From positions 2,458-42,457 of the forward strand of contig USNR01000006.1 in NCBI GenBank assembly GCA_900556135.1: a DNA stretch of 40,000 nt, read 5' to 3'. Shown here in pieces: positions 18,599-29,795 of the stretch. The notes below the pieces were generated by a model. That model was not told where the DNA came from and did no database searches. It saw only the letters and a list, made by a program, of their open reading frames with translations. The translations under genes and the position numbers were made by a program. Each line of letters opens with the position of its first letter. The stretch's first letter is position 1. The stretch is from an uncultured Clostridium sp. (GTDB taxonomy: Bacteria > Bacillota > Clostridia > TANB77 > CAG-508).

Positions 18599-21500
18599 TT
18601 AATCTACACTTTTTAATGAGTCTATCATGCTTATTTTTTTCAACGTATGATTTACAGCAATATTTATTATTTCAGCAAACACTATCGTTATTATAATTCC
18701 ATAAACATAACACATTGTTCCAAAATCGTAATTAAACATTAACATGTCTAACTCACATGTTTTTATTGCATACATAGACAAAGCATAACCTCCAAATAAA
18801 CCTAATATAATTCCTATAGCTGTTAAAATTCTTGTTTCTTTTATTATATAATTGAAAACTTCATTGTCGTAAAAGCCTAAAACTTTTATTGTTGCTAGTT
18901 CTCTGATACGCTCGCTTATATTTACATTAGACAAATTATATAATACTGCAAATGCAAGCAATCCCGCTGAAACAATTAATATATACACTACTAATTTCAT
19001 TTTATCCATTACCATAGCAAATATATCTTTTGTCATTGACAAGAAATTTACGCCTGACACTATTTCTTTATCGTTTAATATTTCTTTTCCAATAGCATCC
19101 TCATCATCTTCTGATGTTTGTTCTACTTCTTTTATAAGTATTGCATTAGGTTTATAACTATTTTCTCCATATAAACTATTATATTCTTCGCTAGACATAT
19201 ACATATAATGGTAAATATAATTTTCTGTTATAGCTCCAACCTTTACATCTTTTTCAATATTATCCGTATTTTTTATTTTTATGGTATCTCCTACTTTTAT
19301 GTCCAACAATTTAGCAAGTTTCTCTGAAATTACTACAGAGTTGTTACTTAATTTATAGTGTTCATTCTTTTTTGTTCTAGATTTTAGACTTATAAAATTA
19401 TCTAAATTGTCAACATCCTCTGTAACAAGTAGGTTTATAGTTTGAGAATTTTGTACGCTTGTAATTTCTACAGTTTTTTCATAGCATGTTAAAGTATTAT
19501 CTATTTTTTCAAATGATTTTATTTTTTCATTTTCTTCTTTTATTTGTGAGTTTGTAATGTCATCTTTTAATTCAATACTTCCATCATATTTAAATATTTC
19601 TCCATATTGATTTGGAATCATATTACTAATTGCATTTCTTATTCCAAATCCAGCTATTATCAAAGAAGTACATCCAGCTACACCAATTATTGTCATTAAG
19701 AATTTCTTTTTGTATCTAAATAGATTTCTTGCCGTAACTTTTTGTGTAAATTTCATTCTTTTCCAAATAAAAGTAACTCGCTCTAGTAAAATTCTTTTTC
19801 CTGGCTTTGGAGCCTTAGGTAGCATCAGTGTTGCAGGTCTTTCTTTTAATTCTTTAGCGCATGTATAAACAGTTGCGCCAATTGTACATATTAGAGCAAA
19901 AATTATTCCAATAAAGCCTATATCTAACCTAATTGTGCAATCTGCTTTTGGAAGTGGATACATCATTCCATACATTGTTGTAACTATATTTGGAATCACT
20001 TTAAAACCTATTAACATTCCTGCAATTCCACCAATTATAGTAGCTAGAAAAGCATATATTAAATATTTCATAGATATTTGTAGTTTATTGTATCCTAATG
20101 CTTTCAATGTTCCTATTTGTACTCTTTGTTCTTCTATCATTCTCGACATAGATGTTAAACTTATTAACGCTGCCACTAAGAAAAACACTACTGGAAATAC
20201 CTTTGCAAGGTTTGCAATTCTATCTGTGTCTTGCATATACTCTGCATATCCATAATTTGAATTTCTATCTAAGACATACCATGTTGGTTTTTCCACCTTG
20301 CCTATCTGTGTTTTAGCATCATTTAGCTTTGTTTGAGCTTCTTCTAACTTAGTCTGCGCTTCTTTTTGTTTTTCTTCTAATGTTTTTTCATTCTCTGATA
20401 TTTCATTTTTAGCATTTTCAAGCTTTTGCTCTGCTATTTGTAGTTGTTTTTCTGTTGATGCTTTTTGAGCTTTTAACTTTTCTTTATTATTTTGTACTTC
20501 TTTTTCTGATGTTAAAATTTTACTTTCTGCATCTTGTATTTCTTTTTTTGCTGTATCTATTCCATTTTCTATAGTTGCTATTGTTATTTGTAGATTATTA
20601 GCTTCTATTCCTTGTTGCTGTAATTGGCCTTCTATTCCCCCTATTGCTTGATTAACCTTTTCCAAGCTTAATTGCAATACATTTTTGCTTGTTGTCAACT
20701 CTGCTATTTTATCCTGATTCTCCTCAGGATTTTTATTTAATTCTGCTAGCATATCTTCTATTTCTGCAATTTGCTTTTCCAAATCACTTTTTTGTCCTTT
20801 TAATGTATCATATTGTGATTTTATACTCTTTAAATTTTCTAGATTTGATTGCATTTCGGCTACAGCATAATTTACTTCACTTTTCTTGCTTTCTAAAGTT
20901 TTTTTACCTTCTTCTATCTTTGTTTCCGCATTGCTTAATTCTTGTTGTGCCTGAGAAAACTGTGTTTGTGCTTTGCTTTTATTCGATTCTAATTCTTTTT
21001 CTGAATTTTCTATTTGTTGTTTTGCATCATCTATTTTGGTTCTAGCATTATTTAGTTCTGTTTCAACTTCTTGTTTTTGACTATCATACTTATTTTGAGC
21101 TTCCTCTAATTTTTCTGTTGCACTATCTATTATCTCGTTATACCTTATTTGTTTTCTTTCTTCTGAAATTTCTTTTATATTATTTAATACCTTTTCAACT
21201 TTATCGTTATAATCATCTTCATATGTTTTTAAATTTTTAGCATCTTCAACAGAAACATACGCAATTGTATAAACATCCATATTTATGTTTTCTTTTGGCA
21301 TAAACATGTAATAATTAACACTACCTGCTCCAAGTTTACTTGTTCCTCTTGATCTGGATATGTACAAAGGTGATTTTATTGTACCCACAATTTTTAATTT
21401 ATTTTCTTTTACTATACTGCTTGACTCATTATCTTCACTATTTTCTTCAACATCTTCTACTTTTGTAAGTGAAGTTTCAATTTCTTCTGGATTTACTGTA

Positions 21501-21943
21501 ATGCAGTCTCCAATTTTATATTTTGTTCCTTTTAAAAAATCCTCTTCTACCACACATTCAGTTGAATCTTGTGGCATTTTACCTTCTATAAGTTCTAATT
21601 TATTCAGTTCTTCTGGCATTGATTCAATTTTTAAAACAAACTCTTTTTCTCCATTATTTAAAGTTGCATCAAAACTATATGTGGCAACAACATTTTCAAT
21701 GCCCTCCACATTTTTTAATGCTTCTATATCTCCATCGGTTAGTCCTAATGTTGATATAACATCTATATCCATAACGTCTTGTTTATCATAATAAGTATCA
21801 ACAGTATCTTTCATATCAGGGCTGGTTGCTTTAAGCCCAGCAAAAAATCCCACGCCTAATAGTACTATCATAACTATAGATAGAAAGCGTTTAAAAGTAT
21901 TTTTTATTTGCCTAATACTATCTTTTAATAACGATTCTTTCAT
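18599..21943 (-). CDS. FtsX/MacB-family ABC transporter permease with two FtsX modules and a long coiled-coil extracytoplasmic insertion
   Basis: An N-terminal TM helix follows MKESLLKDSIRQIKNTFKRFLSIVMIVLLGVGFFAGL. A ~290-aa heptad-like Q/E/K-rich segment is present. Two clusters of TM helices end in FtsX-like segments. The start is moved to the ATG at 21943, after GGAAAGGAAA. Confidence 0.8.
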   Translation of the reverse strand: MKESLLKDSIRQIKNTFKRFLSIVMIVLLGVGFFAGLKATSPDMKDTVDTYYDKQDVMDIDVISTLGLTDGDIEALKNVEGIENVVATYSFDATLNNGEKEFVLKIESMPEELNKLELIEGKMPQDSTECVVEEDFLKGTKYKIGDCITVNPEEIETSLTKVEDVEENSEDNESSSIVKENKLKIVGTIKSPLYISRSRGTSKLGAGSVNYYMFMPKENINMDVYTIAYVSVEDAKNLKTYEDDYNDKVEKVLNNIKEISEERKQIRYNEIIDSATEKLEEAQNKYDSQKQEVETELNNARTKIDDAKQQIENSEKELESNKSKAQTQFSQAQQELSNAETKIEEGKKTLESKKSEVNYAVAEMQSNLENLKSIKSQYDTLKGQKSDLEKQIAEIEDMLAELNKNPEENQDKIAELTTSKNVLQLSLEKVNQAIGGIEGQLQQQGIEANNLQITIATIENGIDTAKKEIQDAESKILTSEKEVQNNKEKLKAQKASTEKQLQIAEQKLENAKNEISENEKTLEEKQKEAQTKLEEAQTKLNDAKTQIGKVEKPTWYVLDRNSNYGYAEYMQDTDRIANLAKVFPVVFFLVAALISLTSMSRMIEEQRVQIGTLKALGYNKLQISMKYLIYAFLATIIGGIAGMLIGFKVIPNIVTTMYGMMYPLPKADCTIRLDIGFIGIIFALICTIGATVYTCAKELKERPATLMLPKAPKPGKRILLERVTFIWKRMKFTQKVTARNLFRYKKKFLMTIIGVAGCTSLIIAGFGIRNAISNMIPNQYGEIFKYDGSIELKDDITNSQIKEENEKIKSFEKIDNTLTCYEKTVEITSVQNSQTINLLVTEDVDNLDNFISLKSRTKKNEHYKLSNNSVVISEKLAKLLDIKVGDTIKIKNTDNIEKDVKVGAITENYIYHYMYMSSEEYNSLYGENSYKPNAILIKEVEQTSEDDEDAIGKEILNDKEIVSGVNFLSMTKDIFAMVMDKMKLVVYILIVSAGLLAFAVLYNLSNVNISERIRELATIKVLGFYDNEVFNYIIKETRILTAIGIILGLFGGYALSMYAIKTCELDMLMFNYDFGTMCYVYGIIITIVFAEIINIAVNHTLKKISMIDSLKSVD

Positions 21944-22023
21944 AGAAAATTTTCCTTTCCTCTCTTGCCAAAACAACTCCTGAAATCCCATTTGTTGAAC
22001 TTTTAATATATGATTTTATAGTT

Positions 22024-25000
22024 TTATTTTATAGTTACATTTTCTGCCCCTGCAATTTCTTGCAATTCTTCTAGTATCTCTTTTGTTAAATATAATCCTC
22101 CTGCTGGATCATGTCTTTCTCCATTTATGATTTCTACTGGAATATTATTCTTATCTCCTGTAAAGAATTTTAGTGCACCTCTTAGTCTGTCTTTTTGTTT
22201 CTCAGTTATATTAGTTATATCTATTACTAAGTTTTGTTTTTTTACACTTTCTAATTTTTTAATTTCTCTTGCAACAATTTTAGGTTCTTCATCTTCTCTA
22301 ATACTTAGTCTCCCTTCAACTAATACAATATTTTCATCTACCAATTCATTTGAACATTGCATATAACAGTTTTCAAAGATTATTATTTCGCAACTGCCAT
22401 ACAAATCTTCCACTGTTACAAAAGCCATTATTTTATTATTCTTTGTATATTTCTTCTTTACACTTGTTATTATTCCAGCCAATTTTACAAACTGACCATC
22501 TTTTGCAACTGATGTTCTTATGCTTTCTGCCTGCATATTTCCTTCATTTTCCTCAGCTGTCTCACTTGCCTCTCTCATTTGTAATGTATTAATATTCGAC
22601 TGTTTCAATATTTGCTCTCTATATTTTTCTAATGGGTGTCCAGAAATATATATTCCTAACATTTCTTTTTCCATTGATAATAATTCCTGATCTGTATATT
22701 CTTTTAAAGTTGTGTAATTATATTTAAGTTTTTCTAAATCCTCACTTTCGTCTGAACTAGCTCCCATATCAAACATAGATACTTGTCCTTGAATATTCTT
22801 TTTAGAAGCTCCACTTATTGTATCTATTATATCCTCAAACGACGCCATTAAAGTACTTCTTGTTTCTTCAAATTCATCAAAGGCTCCTGCCTTTATTAAA
22901 CTCTCTATACACTTTTTATTAACAGCTTCTTCTTGCATTCTTTCACAAAAATCTGTAAAACTTTTATATTCTCCTAGTTTTTCTCTGTTGGCAACAATAG
23001 CATCGACTGCAGCAACACCAACATTTTTTATGCTTCCAAGCCCAAATCTTATTTTCCCGTTATCAACTGTAAATCTTGTAAAACTTCTATTTATATCTGG
23101 TTTTAATATGTCTATATGCAATCTTTTGCACTCATCTATATACTCTGGAATCTTATCCAAATTTCCTAAAAAGCTGTTAAGCATAGCTGCCATAAACTCA
23201 TTTGGATAATATGTTTTTAAATATGCTGTTCTATAAGAAACTACAGCATAGCATGCAGCATGCGATTTGTTAAATGCATATTTAGCAAATTCTGCCATTT
23301 CGTCAAAAATTTTGTTAGCTGAAACTTCATCTATTCCATTTCTTACACATCCTGGTACAATTACGTTGCCGTTTTCATCTACCTGTCCATTTATAAATAT
23401 TTCTCTTTCTTTTGCCATTACGTCTAGCTTTTTCTTTCCCATTGCACGACGTACTAAGTCTGCACGTCCAAGTGAATAGCCTGCTAAATCTCTAACAATT
23501 TGCATAACTTGTTCTTGATACACCATACATCCATATGTAACTTTTAATATTGGTTTTAATGATGGATGTGTATATACTGCGTGGTCAGGATCCTTTTTAT
23601 TTGCAATATATCTAGGAATTTGATCCATAGGACCTGGACGATATAGTGAGACTCCAGCTATAATATCTTCCAAACAGTCTGGTTTTAATTCCTTCATAAA
23701 GTTTGTCATTCCCTGGCTTTCAAACTGAAATATCCCCACAGAATTTCCATCTTGCCATTGTTTAAATACTTTAGGATCATTCATTTCCTTATCAAACTCA
23801 ACATCTATATTTTGATCTTTTTTTACCAAATCTATAGTATCTTGTATAACAGTTAATGTTCTTAACCCTAGAAAGTCCATCTTTAATAGTCCAAGTTCTT
23901 CTAGTGTTGTCATTATATATTGAGTAGAAATCATACCCTCTCTAACATATAATGGAACATAGCTTACAACTGGATCTTTTGTAATTACTATTCCGCACGC
24001 ATGAGTAGAAGCCTGCCTTGGCATTCCTTCTAAAGCCATTGCAATATCCAACAATTTCTTTGTTTCCGGATTAGTTTCATATTCGTTATTTAATTCTTTG
24101 TTTTGCTCTAATGCCTTTTTTATTGTAATATGTAATTCATTTGGTATCATTTTGGCCAATTTATCTGCTACTGCATATGGCATATCTAAAACTCTTGCCA
24201 CATCTCTAATTACCATTCTAGCAGACATAGTTCCAAATGTTATTATTTGTGAAACATGATCTGGACCATATTTTCTTGAAACATAATCTATTACTTCTTG
24301 TCTTCTTTCATAACAAAAGTCAACATCAAAATCGGGCATACTAATTCTTTCTGGATTTAAGAATCTCTCAAATATTAATCCGTATTTAATAGGATCAATA
24401 TCTGTTATTTCTATAGCATAAGCAACAATAGATCCAGCTCCAGAACCTCTTCCTGGTCCTACTGGTATTCCTTGAGTTTTTGCATAATGAATATAATCCC
24501 AAACAATTAAGAAATAATCAACATATCCCATTTGCTTAATAACACCTAATTCATAAGCAACTCTATCTAATATCTCTTGCGAAGGATTTTCCCCATATCT
24601 ATTTTTTATTCCATCTTCGCATAATTTTTTTAAATAATCATAGTGTGTAGAAAACTCTTCTGGCACATCATAATTGGGTAATATAGTGTGTCCAAACTCA
24701 AATGTAACATTACATTTATCAGCTATTTTCACAGTATTTTCGATTGCCTCAGGAACTCCTGAAAAATAATCACTCATTTCTTCTGGAGATTTTATATATA
24801 GCTCGTCTGTTTCAAACCTCATTCTGTCTTCATCTGTTATCTTCTTTCCAGTTTGTATACACAATAGTATTTCATGATTGTAGGCATCTTCTTTTTTCAG
24901 ATAATGCGAATCGTTTGTTGCAACTAATGGAATATTTAGTTTTCTAGATAATTCAATTAATTTCTGATTTACTAAAACCTGCTCTCCTATTCCATTATTT

Positions 25001-25524
25001 TGTATTTCTAAATAATAATCTTTGCCAAATACGCCTCTAAACCAATTTGCAACTCTTTCCGCTTCTTCCATATCTCCTTTTAGAATAGCTTGTGGAAGCT
25101 CTCCTGCCAAGCATGCGCTACAACATACTAAACCTTCATGATATTTTTCTAGTACCTCTTTATCTATTCTTGGTTTATAGTAAAAGCCCTCTGTAAAACC
25201 TATTGAAACTAATTTAGTTAAATTTTTATATCCCTCATTATCTTTTGCAAGTAAAATCAAATGATTATATTTGCTATCTATATTAGGATCTTTATCTGTT
25301 CTACTTCTTGGTGCAACATAAACCTCGCAACCAATAATAGGTTTTATTCCATTTGCTAAACAAGCCTTATAAAAATCAACTGCACCAAACATAACCCCAT
25401 GGTCTGTTATCGCCATTGCTTTCATTCCTAGCTCTTTTGCTCTTACTGGTAAGTCTTTTATTCTATTAGCTCCATCAAGTAAACTAAATTCACTATGGAC
25501 GTGTAAATGTACAAATTCTGGCAT
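22024..25524 (-). CDS. dnaE: DNA polymerase III alpha subunit (DnaE type)
   Basis: The PHP-domain N-terminus reads FVHLHVHSEFSLLDGA. The protein is 1166 aa, with a polymerase core and a C-terminal OB-fold region. Confidence 0.93.
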   Translation of the reverse strand: MPEFVHLHVHSEFSLLDGANRIKDLPVRAKELGMKAMAITDHGVMFGAVDFYKACLANGIKPIIGCEVYVAPRSRTDKDPNIDSKYNHLILLAKDNEGYKNLTKLVSIGFTEGFYYKPRIDKEVLEKYHEGLVCCSACLAGELPQAILKGDMEEAERVANWFRGVFGKDYYLEIQNNGIGEQVLVNQKLIELSRKLNIPLVATNDSHYLKKEDAYNHEILLCIQTGKKITDEDRMRFETDELYIKSPEEMSDYFSGVPEAIENTVKIADKCNVTFEFGHTILPNYDVPEEFSTHYDYLKKLCEDGIKNRYGENPSQEILDRVAYELGVIKQMGYVDYFLIVWDYIHYAKTQGIPVGPGRGSGAGSIVAYAIEITDIDPIKYGLIFERFLNPERISMPDFDVDFCYERRQEVIDYVSRKYGPDHVSQIITFGTMSARMVIRDVARVLDMPYAVADKLAKMIPNELHITIKKALEQNKELNNEYETNPETKKLLDIAMALEGMPRQASTHACGIVITKDPVVSYVPLYVREGMISTQYIMTTLEELGLLKMDFLGLRTLTVIQDTIDLVKKDQNIDVEFDKEMNDPKVFKQWQDGNSVGIFQFESQGMTNFMKELKPDCLEDIIAGVSLYRPGPMDQIPRYIANKKDPDHAVYTHPSLKPILKVTYGCMVYQEQVMQIVRDLAGYSLGRADLVRRAMGKKKLDVMAKEREIFINGQVDENGNVIVPGCVRNGIDEVSANKIFDEMAEFAKYAFNKSHAACYAVVSYRTAYLKTYYPNEFMAAMLNSFLGNLDKIPEYIDECKRLHIDILKPDINRSFTRFTVDNGKIRFGLGSIKNVGVAAVDAIVANREKLGEYKSFTDFCERMQEEAVNKKCIESLIKAGAFDEFEETRSTLMASFEDIIDTISGASKKNIQGQVSMFDMGASSDESEDLEKLKYNYTTLKEYTDQELLSMEKEMLGIYISGHPLEKYREQILKQSNINTLQMREASETAEENEGNMQAESIRTSVAKDGQFVKLAGIITSVKKKYTKNNKIMAFVTVEDLYGSCEIIIFENCYMQCSNELVDENIVLVEGRLSIREDEEPKIVAREIKKLESVKKQNLVIDITNITEKQKDRLRGALKFFTGDKNNIPVEIINGERHDPAGGLYLTKEILEELQEIAGAENVTIK

Positions 25525-25641
25525 ATATATTCCTCCATTTTATACTGACTATTCTATCATTATTTCCACTTTTTTTCAAGATAAATACTTATAAATTCGC
25601 ATTTATAAAACATCAAAAATTAATAAAATATTATTGTATTT

Positions 25642-25995
25642 TTATACAATTTGTTTTATATGATTTATCTTATGCTTGTTTCCATTCATATACACTTCAA
25701 TAACATCTATTCTTATATACATATCTTTAATGTAATTTTTATACAAATAATATTCAATTGCATTTTTTATATGTTTTTTCTTTACATCATTTACCGCTTC
25801 ACCTGGCTTTCCATAACTTAAATTAGTTCTAGTTTTTACTTCTACAAATACTAACTCTTCTTTATCTAAAGCTATTATATCTATTTCACCTTGTCTGCAC
25901 CTGAAATTTCTTTCTATAATTAAATAATTCTTTTTCTCTAAATATCGAATTGCTATATCTTCGCCTTCTTTTCCAATCTCCTGTTTAAAGAACAT
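25642..25995 (-). CDS. yraN: YraN-family (UPF0102) endonuclease-like protein
   Basis: The motifs GEDIAIRYLEKKNY...RCRQGEIDIIA...LVFVEVKTR are typical of the family. Confidence 0.85.
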   Translation of the reverse strand: MFFKQEIGKEGEDIAIRYLEKKNYLIIERNFRCRQGEIDIIALDKEELVFVEVKTRTNLSYGKPGEAVNDVKKKHIKNAIEYYLYKNYIKDMYIRIDVIEVYMNGNKHKINHIKQIV

Positions 25996-25996
25996 C

Positions 25997-26875
25997 TTAA
26001 TTCCTTCTTATTTTGAATAGATTTCCAGCAGTTTGGCTTATATAACCTTCTAGTTCCATCATTGTTAATATTGCATTCGTTTCTGATATGTTTTTGTTTA
26101 TTTGCCTACTTATTTCGTCTTTCGTCATTGCCTTTTCTTTTAACAGATGAAAAATTTCACTATATTCTTCCGAAACCTGTATTTTTTCTTCTTCTATTTC
26201 TTGAATACTATCTTTTTCATTTCTCCCATACAAATCTTTCACAATTTGCATAGGGTCAGTAACAATCTGCGCTCCTTTTAATATCAATTCATTTGTAGCA
26301 ACACCACTCTTGCTATCTAAATTATGCGGTATGCAATACAATTTCTTTTTATGCAGTTTTGCATACCTAGCAGTAACCAATGTTCCTCCAGATCTTCTAG
26401 CCTCTATTACTAATACAGCATCTGCCATTCCACTAATTATTCTATTTCTCTTTGGAAATCCCTCTAGCTTGGTTTCTTCATCATCTTTGTGTTCTGTTAT
26501 TACACATCCATCATTTTCAATAATCTCATTATACAGCCATATATTTTCTCTTGGATATAAATGCTTCATTCCACCACCTAATACCGCTATTGTTTTTCCT
26601 TTTTCATAAACAGCTCCTTGGTGTGCTGCTGCATCTATGCCGACTGCAAGTCCACTTATTACACATATATTATTTTTTGCTAATTCCATAGCAAAAATAC
26701 CTGCATATTTTCTCCCATACTCACTACAATCTCTTGCTCCCACAATAGCAACAATCTTTTTATGATTTAATAAATTGCAGTTACCTACATAGTATATTTT
26801 CTTTGGGAATTTATCTATATTTAATAATCTGCTTGGATATTCATCACTTTTATAATCTATCATTTTAGTTTCCAA
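25997..26875 (-). CDS. dprA: DNA-processing protein DprA
   Basis: It has VAIVGARDCSEYG, SGLAVGIDAAAHQGA and a C-terminal winged-helix-like tail. Confidence 0.88.
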   Translation of the reverse strand: METKMIDYKSDEYPSRLLNIDKFPKKIYYVGNCNLLNHKKIVAIVGARDCSEYGRKYAGIFAMELAKNNICVISGLAVGIDAAAHQGAVYEKGKTIAVLGGGMKHLYPRENIWLYNEIIENDGCVITEHKDDEETKLEGFPKRNRIISGMADAVLVIEARRSGGTLVTARYAKLHKKKLYCIPHNLDSKSGVATNELILKGAQIVTDPMQIVKDLYGRNEKDSIQEIEEEKIQVSEEYSEIFHLLKEKAMTKDEISRQINKNISETNAILTMMELEGYISQTAGNLFKIRRN

Positions 26876-26940
26876 ATTATTGTCCTCCTTTTCTTATCAT
26901 TAACTTTAAACTTATCTATTTTCTTGCTCTTTATATATTA

Positions 26941-28477
26941 TTAGTTTTTCCAATATTTTCTATCTAAACTCCTATATTGAATTGCTTCTGCTACATGTTT
27001 GCTTTCTATATTTTTACTTTCTTCCAAATCTGCAATAGTTCTTGCAACCTTTAAAATTCTCCCATATGCTCTTGCACTCAAACCTAATTTTTCAAAAACA
27101 GATTTCATTATTTTTTTGCCTTTCTCATCTAAAACGCAGTATTTTTCTACCAACTTTGGTGTTAATTCTGCATTAGAATAAATATGATAATCTTTATATC
27201 TTTCTATTTGTATTTTTCTAGCTTTATTCACTCTCTGTCTTATTGTACTTGACTTTTCTATAGGTTTGTTTGAATTTAAGTTTTCATATTTTACTGGTGT
27301 TACTTCTATTTGTATATCTATTCTATCTAATAAAGGTCCGCTTACCTTTCCCATATATCGCTCTATCGCTTTAGTTGTACATGTACATTCTTTTTCTACC
27401 GAGCCATAAAATCCACAAGGGCATGGATTCATAGAAGCAACAAACATAAATTGACATGGATATGTTAATGTTGCATTTACTCTACTTATAGTTACTATTC
27501 CATCTTCTAATGGTCCTCTTAATACTTCCAATGTTGATTTATCGAACTCTGGTAACTCATCTAGGAACAATACTCCAAAATGAGCTAAACTTATTTCTCC
27601 TGGTTTAGGTATTTTTCCTCCACCTATCAAAGAAGCTTTTGATATTGTATGATGTGGAGCCCTACATTGTCTTTCTGTAACCAATGGCTTATTTGAAGGA
27701 AGTTTTCCTGCCACACTATAAATTTTGCTAATTTCTAAGGATTCTTCAAATGTTAAATCTGGTAATATTGTGGGTATTCTTTTAGCCATCATAGTTTTTC
27801 CGAGACCCTGGGCTACCTATTAATATACAATTATGTCCGCCTGCTGCCGCAACTTCTAATGCTCTTTTTATATTTTCTTGCCCCTTTACCTCTGCAAAGT
27901 CCAGTATTTTGCTTTCTTTGTTCTTAAAAATCTCATTTAAGTCAACTTCTTCTGTACCAATATTAACTTTTCCGTTCAAATAACCAACAACTTCAGTTAA
28001 CGAACTTACTCCTAGAACTTCTATTCCTTTTACTATTGCTCCCTCTTTTGCGTTCTCTTTGGGCACAATTATTTTCTTTATTCCCAATTTTTTTGCCTCT
28101 ATACATATTGGCAATATACCGTTAATTTTATTTATTTTCCCATCCAAAGAAAGCTCTCCTACAAAAGCTATTTTTTTCTCATTTATTTTGCCTATTTCAC
28201 CAAAATCCAATAATATTCCAATAGCAATAGGTAAATCATAAAAAGTTCCTTCTTTTCTAACATCTGCTGGAGCTAAATTAACTACAATTTTTCTACTTTG
28301 AAATTCATAACCAGAATTTTTAATTGCTGTTCTTACACGTTCTTTTGCTTCCTTTACGCTTATATCTGGAAGTCCTACAATTTCCCAATTTGGCATTCCA
28401 GCTGAAACATCAACTTGCACTTCAATTAAACATCCCTCTAATCCATGAAGCGATATACTATTTATTTTTGATAACAT
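26941..28477 (-). pseudogene. comM: ComM/YifB Mg-chelatase-like AAA+ ATPase, split by a 1-nt insertion inside the Walker A motif
   Basis: ORF 27782..28477 ends ...[20 protein letters not shown] 26941..27792 begins [13 protein letters not shown]. Deleting the coding-strand C that is complementary to position 27802 restores [18 protein letters not shown]. Confidence 0.85.
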
Positions 28478-28610
28478 ATGATTCCTTCTTTTTTGAAATT
28501 TTGAAATGTTCTCATACTAAAAAATGTATAAGATTTTATTCCCCTTGGTTACAAAAAATGAATTAAAATATTTGAATTAAACTATAATATAAATATCATA
28601 TATACAAAGA

Positions 28611-28654
28611 AAAGGCAAGCAAAATCGTACGACAAAAAGCGACATTGCTTGCTT
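28611..28654 (-). terminator. Rho-independent terminator of the deacetylase gene
   Basis: The stem aagcaagcaa...ttgcttgctt overlaps the stop codon. It is followed on the minus strand by TTCTTTG. Confidence 0.5.
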
Positions 28655-29528
28655 ATTTATTTTTTAAAAACCTAGAAATGCTTATTCCAGTTACTCTATT
28701 GTTTCTTTTTAACTGGTATAAACAATTCGGATCTTTAGTAATATAATTCGTTCCAGAAATACATGATAAACTTGCTTTAAATCCCATATCTTTTATTATT
28801 TCTAAGGAAGCCTTACTTATGGCTCCAAATGGATATGTAAAAGTATTTGGTTCATATTCTGTATTTTCTTTAAACTCATTTTGAAGTTTAGTTATATCTT
28901 CTGTAAGTATTTTTTTATATTCTTCAATCGACTCCCAGCTCTTCTTTCTGCACCCTTTTCTCCCATTATTTAGTCCATGTAAATTATATGTATGATTCTG
29001 AAATTCTATTGTTCCATCTTCCATAAGCTCTTTAATATCTTTCCATCTTAAATAACTATAATTAAGATTCGTCTCATCTGATTTTGTGTAGGTATCTGTG
29101 TATTGTCCTACTATTGATATAACAGCTCTCATTTCATACTTTTTTAACAATGGAACTGCATACCCCAAATTATTATAATATCCATCATCAAATGTTAATA
29201 TAATAGGCTTTTGTGGAAGTGCTTTTCCTTCATATACATAGGCTATTAAGTCTTGCATTACTATAGTTTGATATCCATTTTCTTTAATGTATTTTAAATC
29301 GTTTTCAAACTCACTTGGATGTATGATATAGTCTCCACTCCTCGATTTTAATACACTATGGTACATAATTATTGGAACTGCAATATTTTCCTGTTCTTTC
29401 ACTTGTGCATTCACATTGATTGACTTTGTATCTTTGTTTCTTATACATAAATAGCACCCTACTGCTATTACTATCAATATAATTATTGATAGCATAATCT
29501 TATAATTAATTTTAATAACTTTTATCAT
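28653..29528 (-). CDS. Polysaccharide deacetylase (NodB-homology) with an N-terminal TM anchor
   Basis: It has the NodB motif LTFDDGYYN and a His-containing motif FQNHTYNLH, with an N-terminal hydrophobic helix. Confidence 0.8.
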   Translation of the reverse strand: MIKVIKINYKIMLSIIILIVIAVGCYLCIRNKDTKSINVNAQVKEQENIAVPIIMYHSVLKSRSGDYIIHPSEFENDLKYIKENGYQTIVMQDLIAYVYEGKALPQKPIILTFDDGYYNNLGYAVPLLKKYEMRAVISIVGQYTDTYTKSDETNLNYSYLRWKDIKELMEDGTIEFQNHTYNLHGLNNGRKGCRKKSWESIEEYKKILTEDITKLQNEFKENTEYEPNTFTYPFGAISKASLEIIKDMGFKASLSCISGTNYITKDPNCLYQLKRNNRVTGISISRFLKNK

Positions 29529-29555
29529 AATTAATTATATTCTTGTTGAAAGAAG

Positions 29556-29795
29556 TTATACTATTTCTTCTACCAATTTTCCCATGTCTTTTCCTTGAAC
29601 TTGTGGTATTTTTACAATTTTAAATTTAGAAATCTTATCTCCAAATTTTATTTCTATAATATCATCTACCTTTACTTCATAGCTAGGCTTTACCACTTTT
29701 CCATTTACACTTATTCTTCCTCCATCTGCTGCTTCGTTTGCAACAGTTCTTCTTTTAATTATTCTAGACACTTTTAAAAATTTATCTAATCTCAC
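29556..29795 (-). CDS. S4-domain RNA-binding protein (YabO/Hsp15-like)
   Basis: MRLDKFLKVSRIIKRRTVANEAADGGRISVNG is a canonical S4 motif. The protein is 79 aa. The gene overlaps the addA 3' end by 14 nt. Confidence 0.8.
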   Translation of the reverse strand: MRLDKFLKVSRIIKRRTVANEAADGGRISVNGKVVKPSYEVKVDDIIEIKFGDKISKFKIVKIPQVQGKDMGKLVEEIV

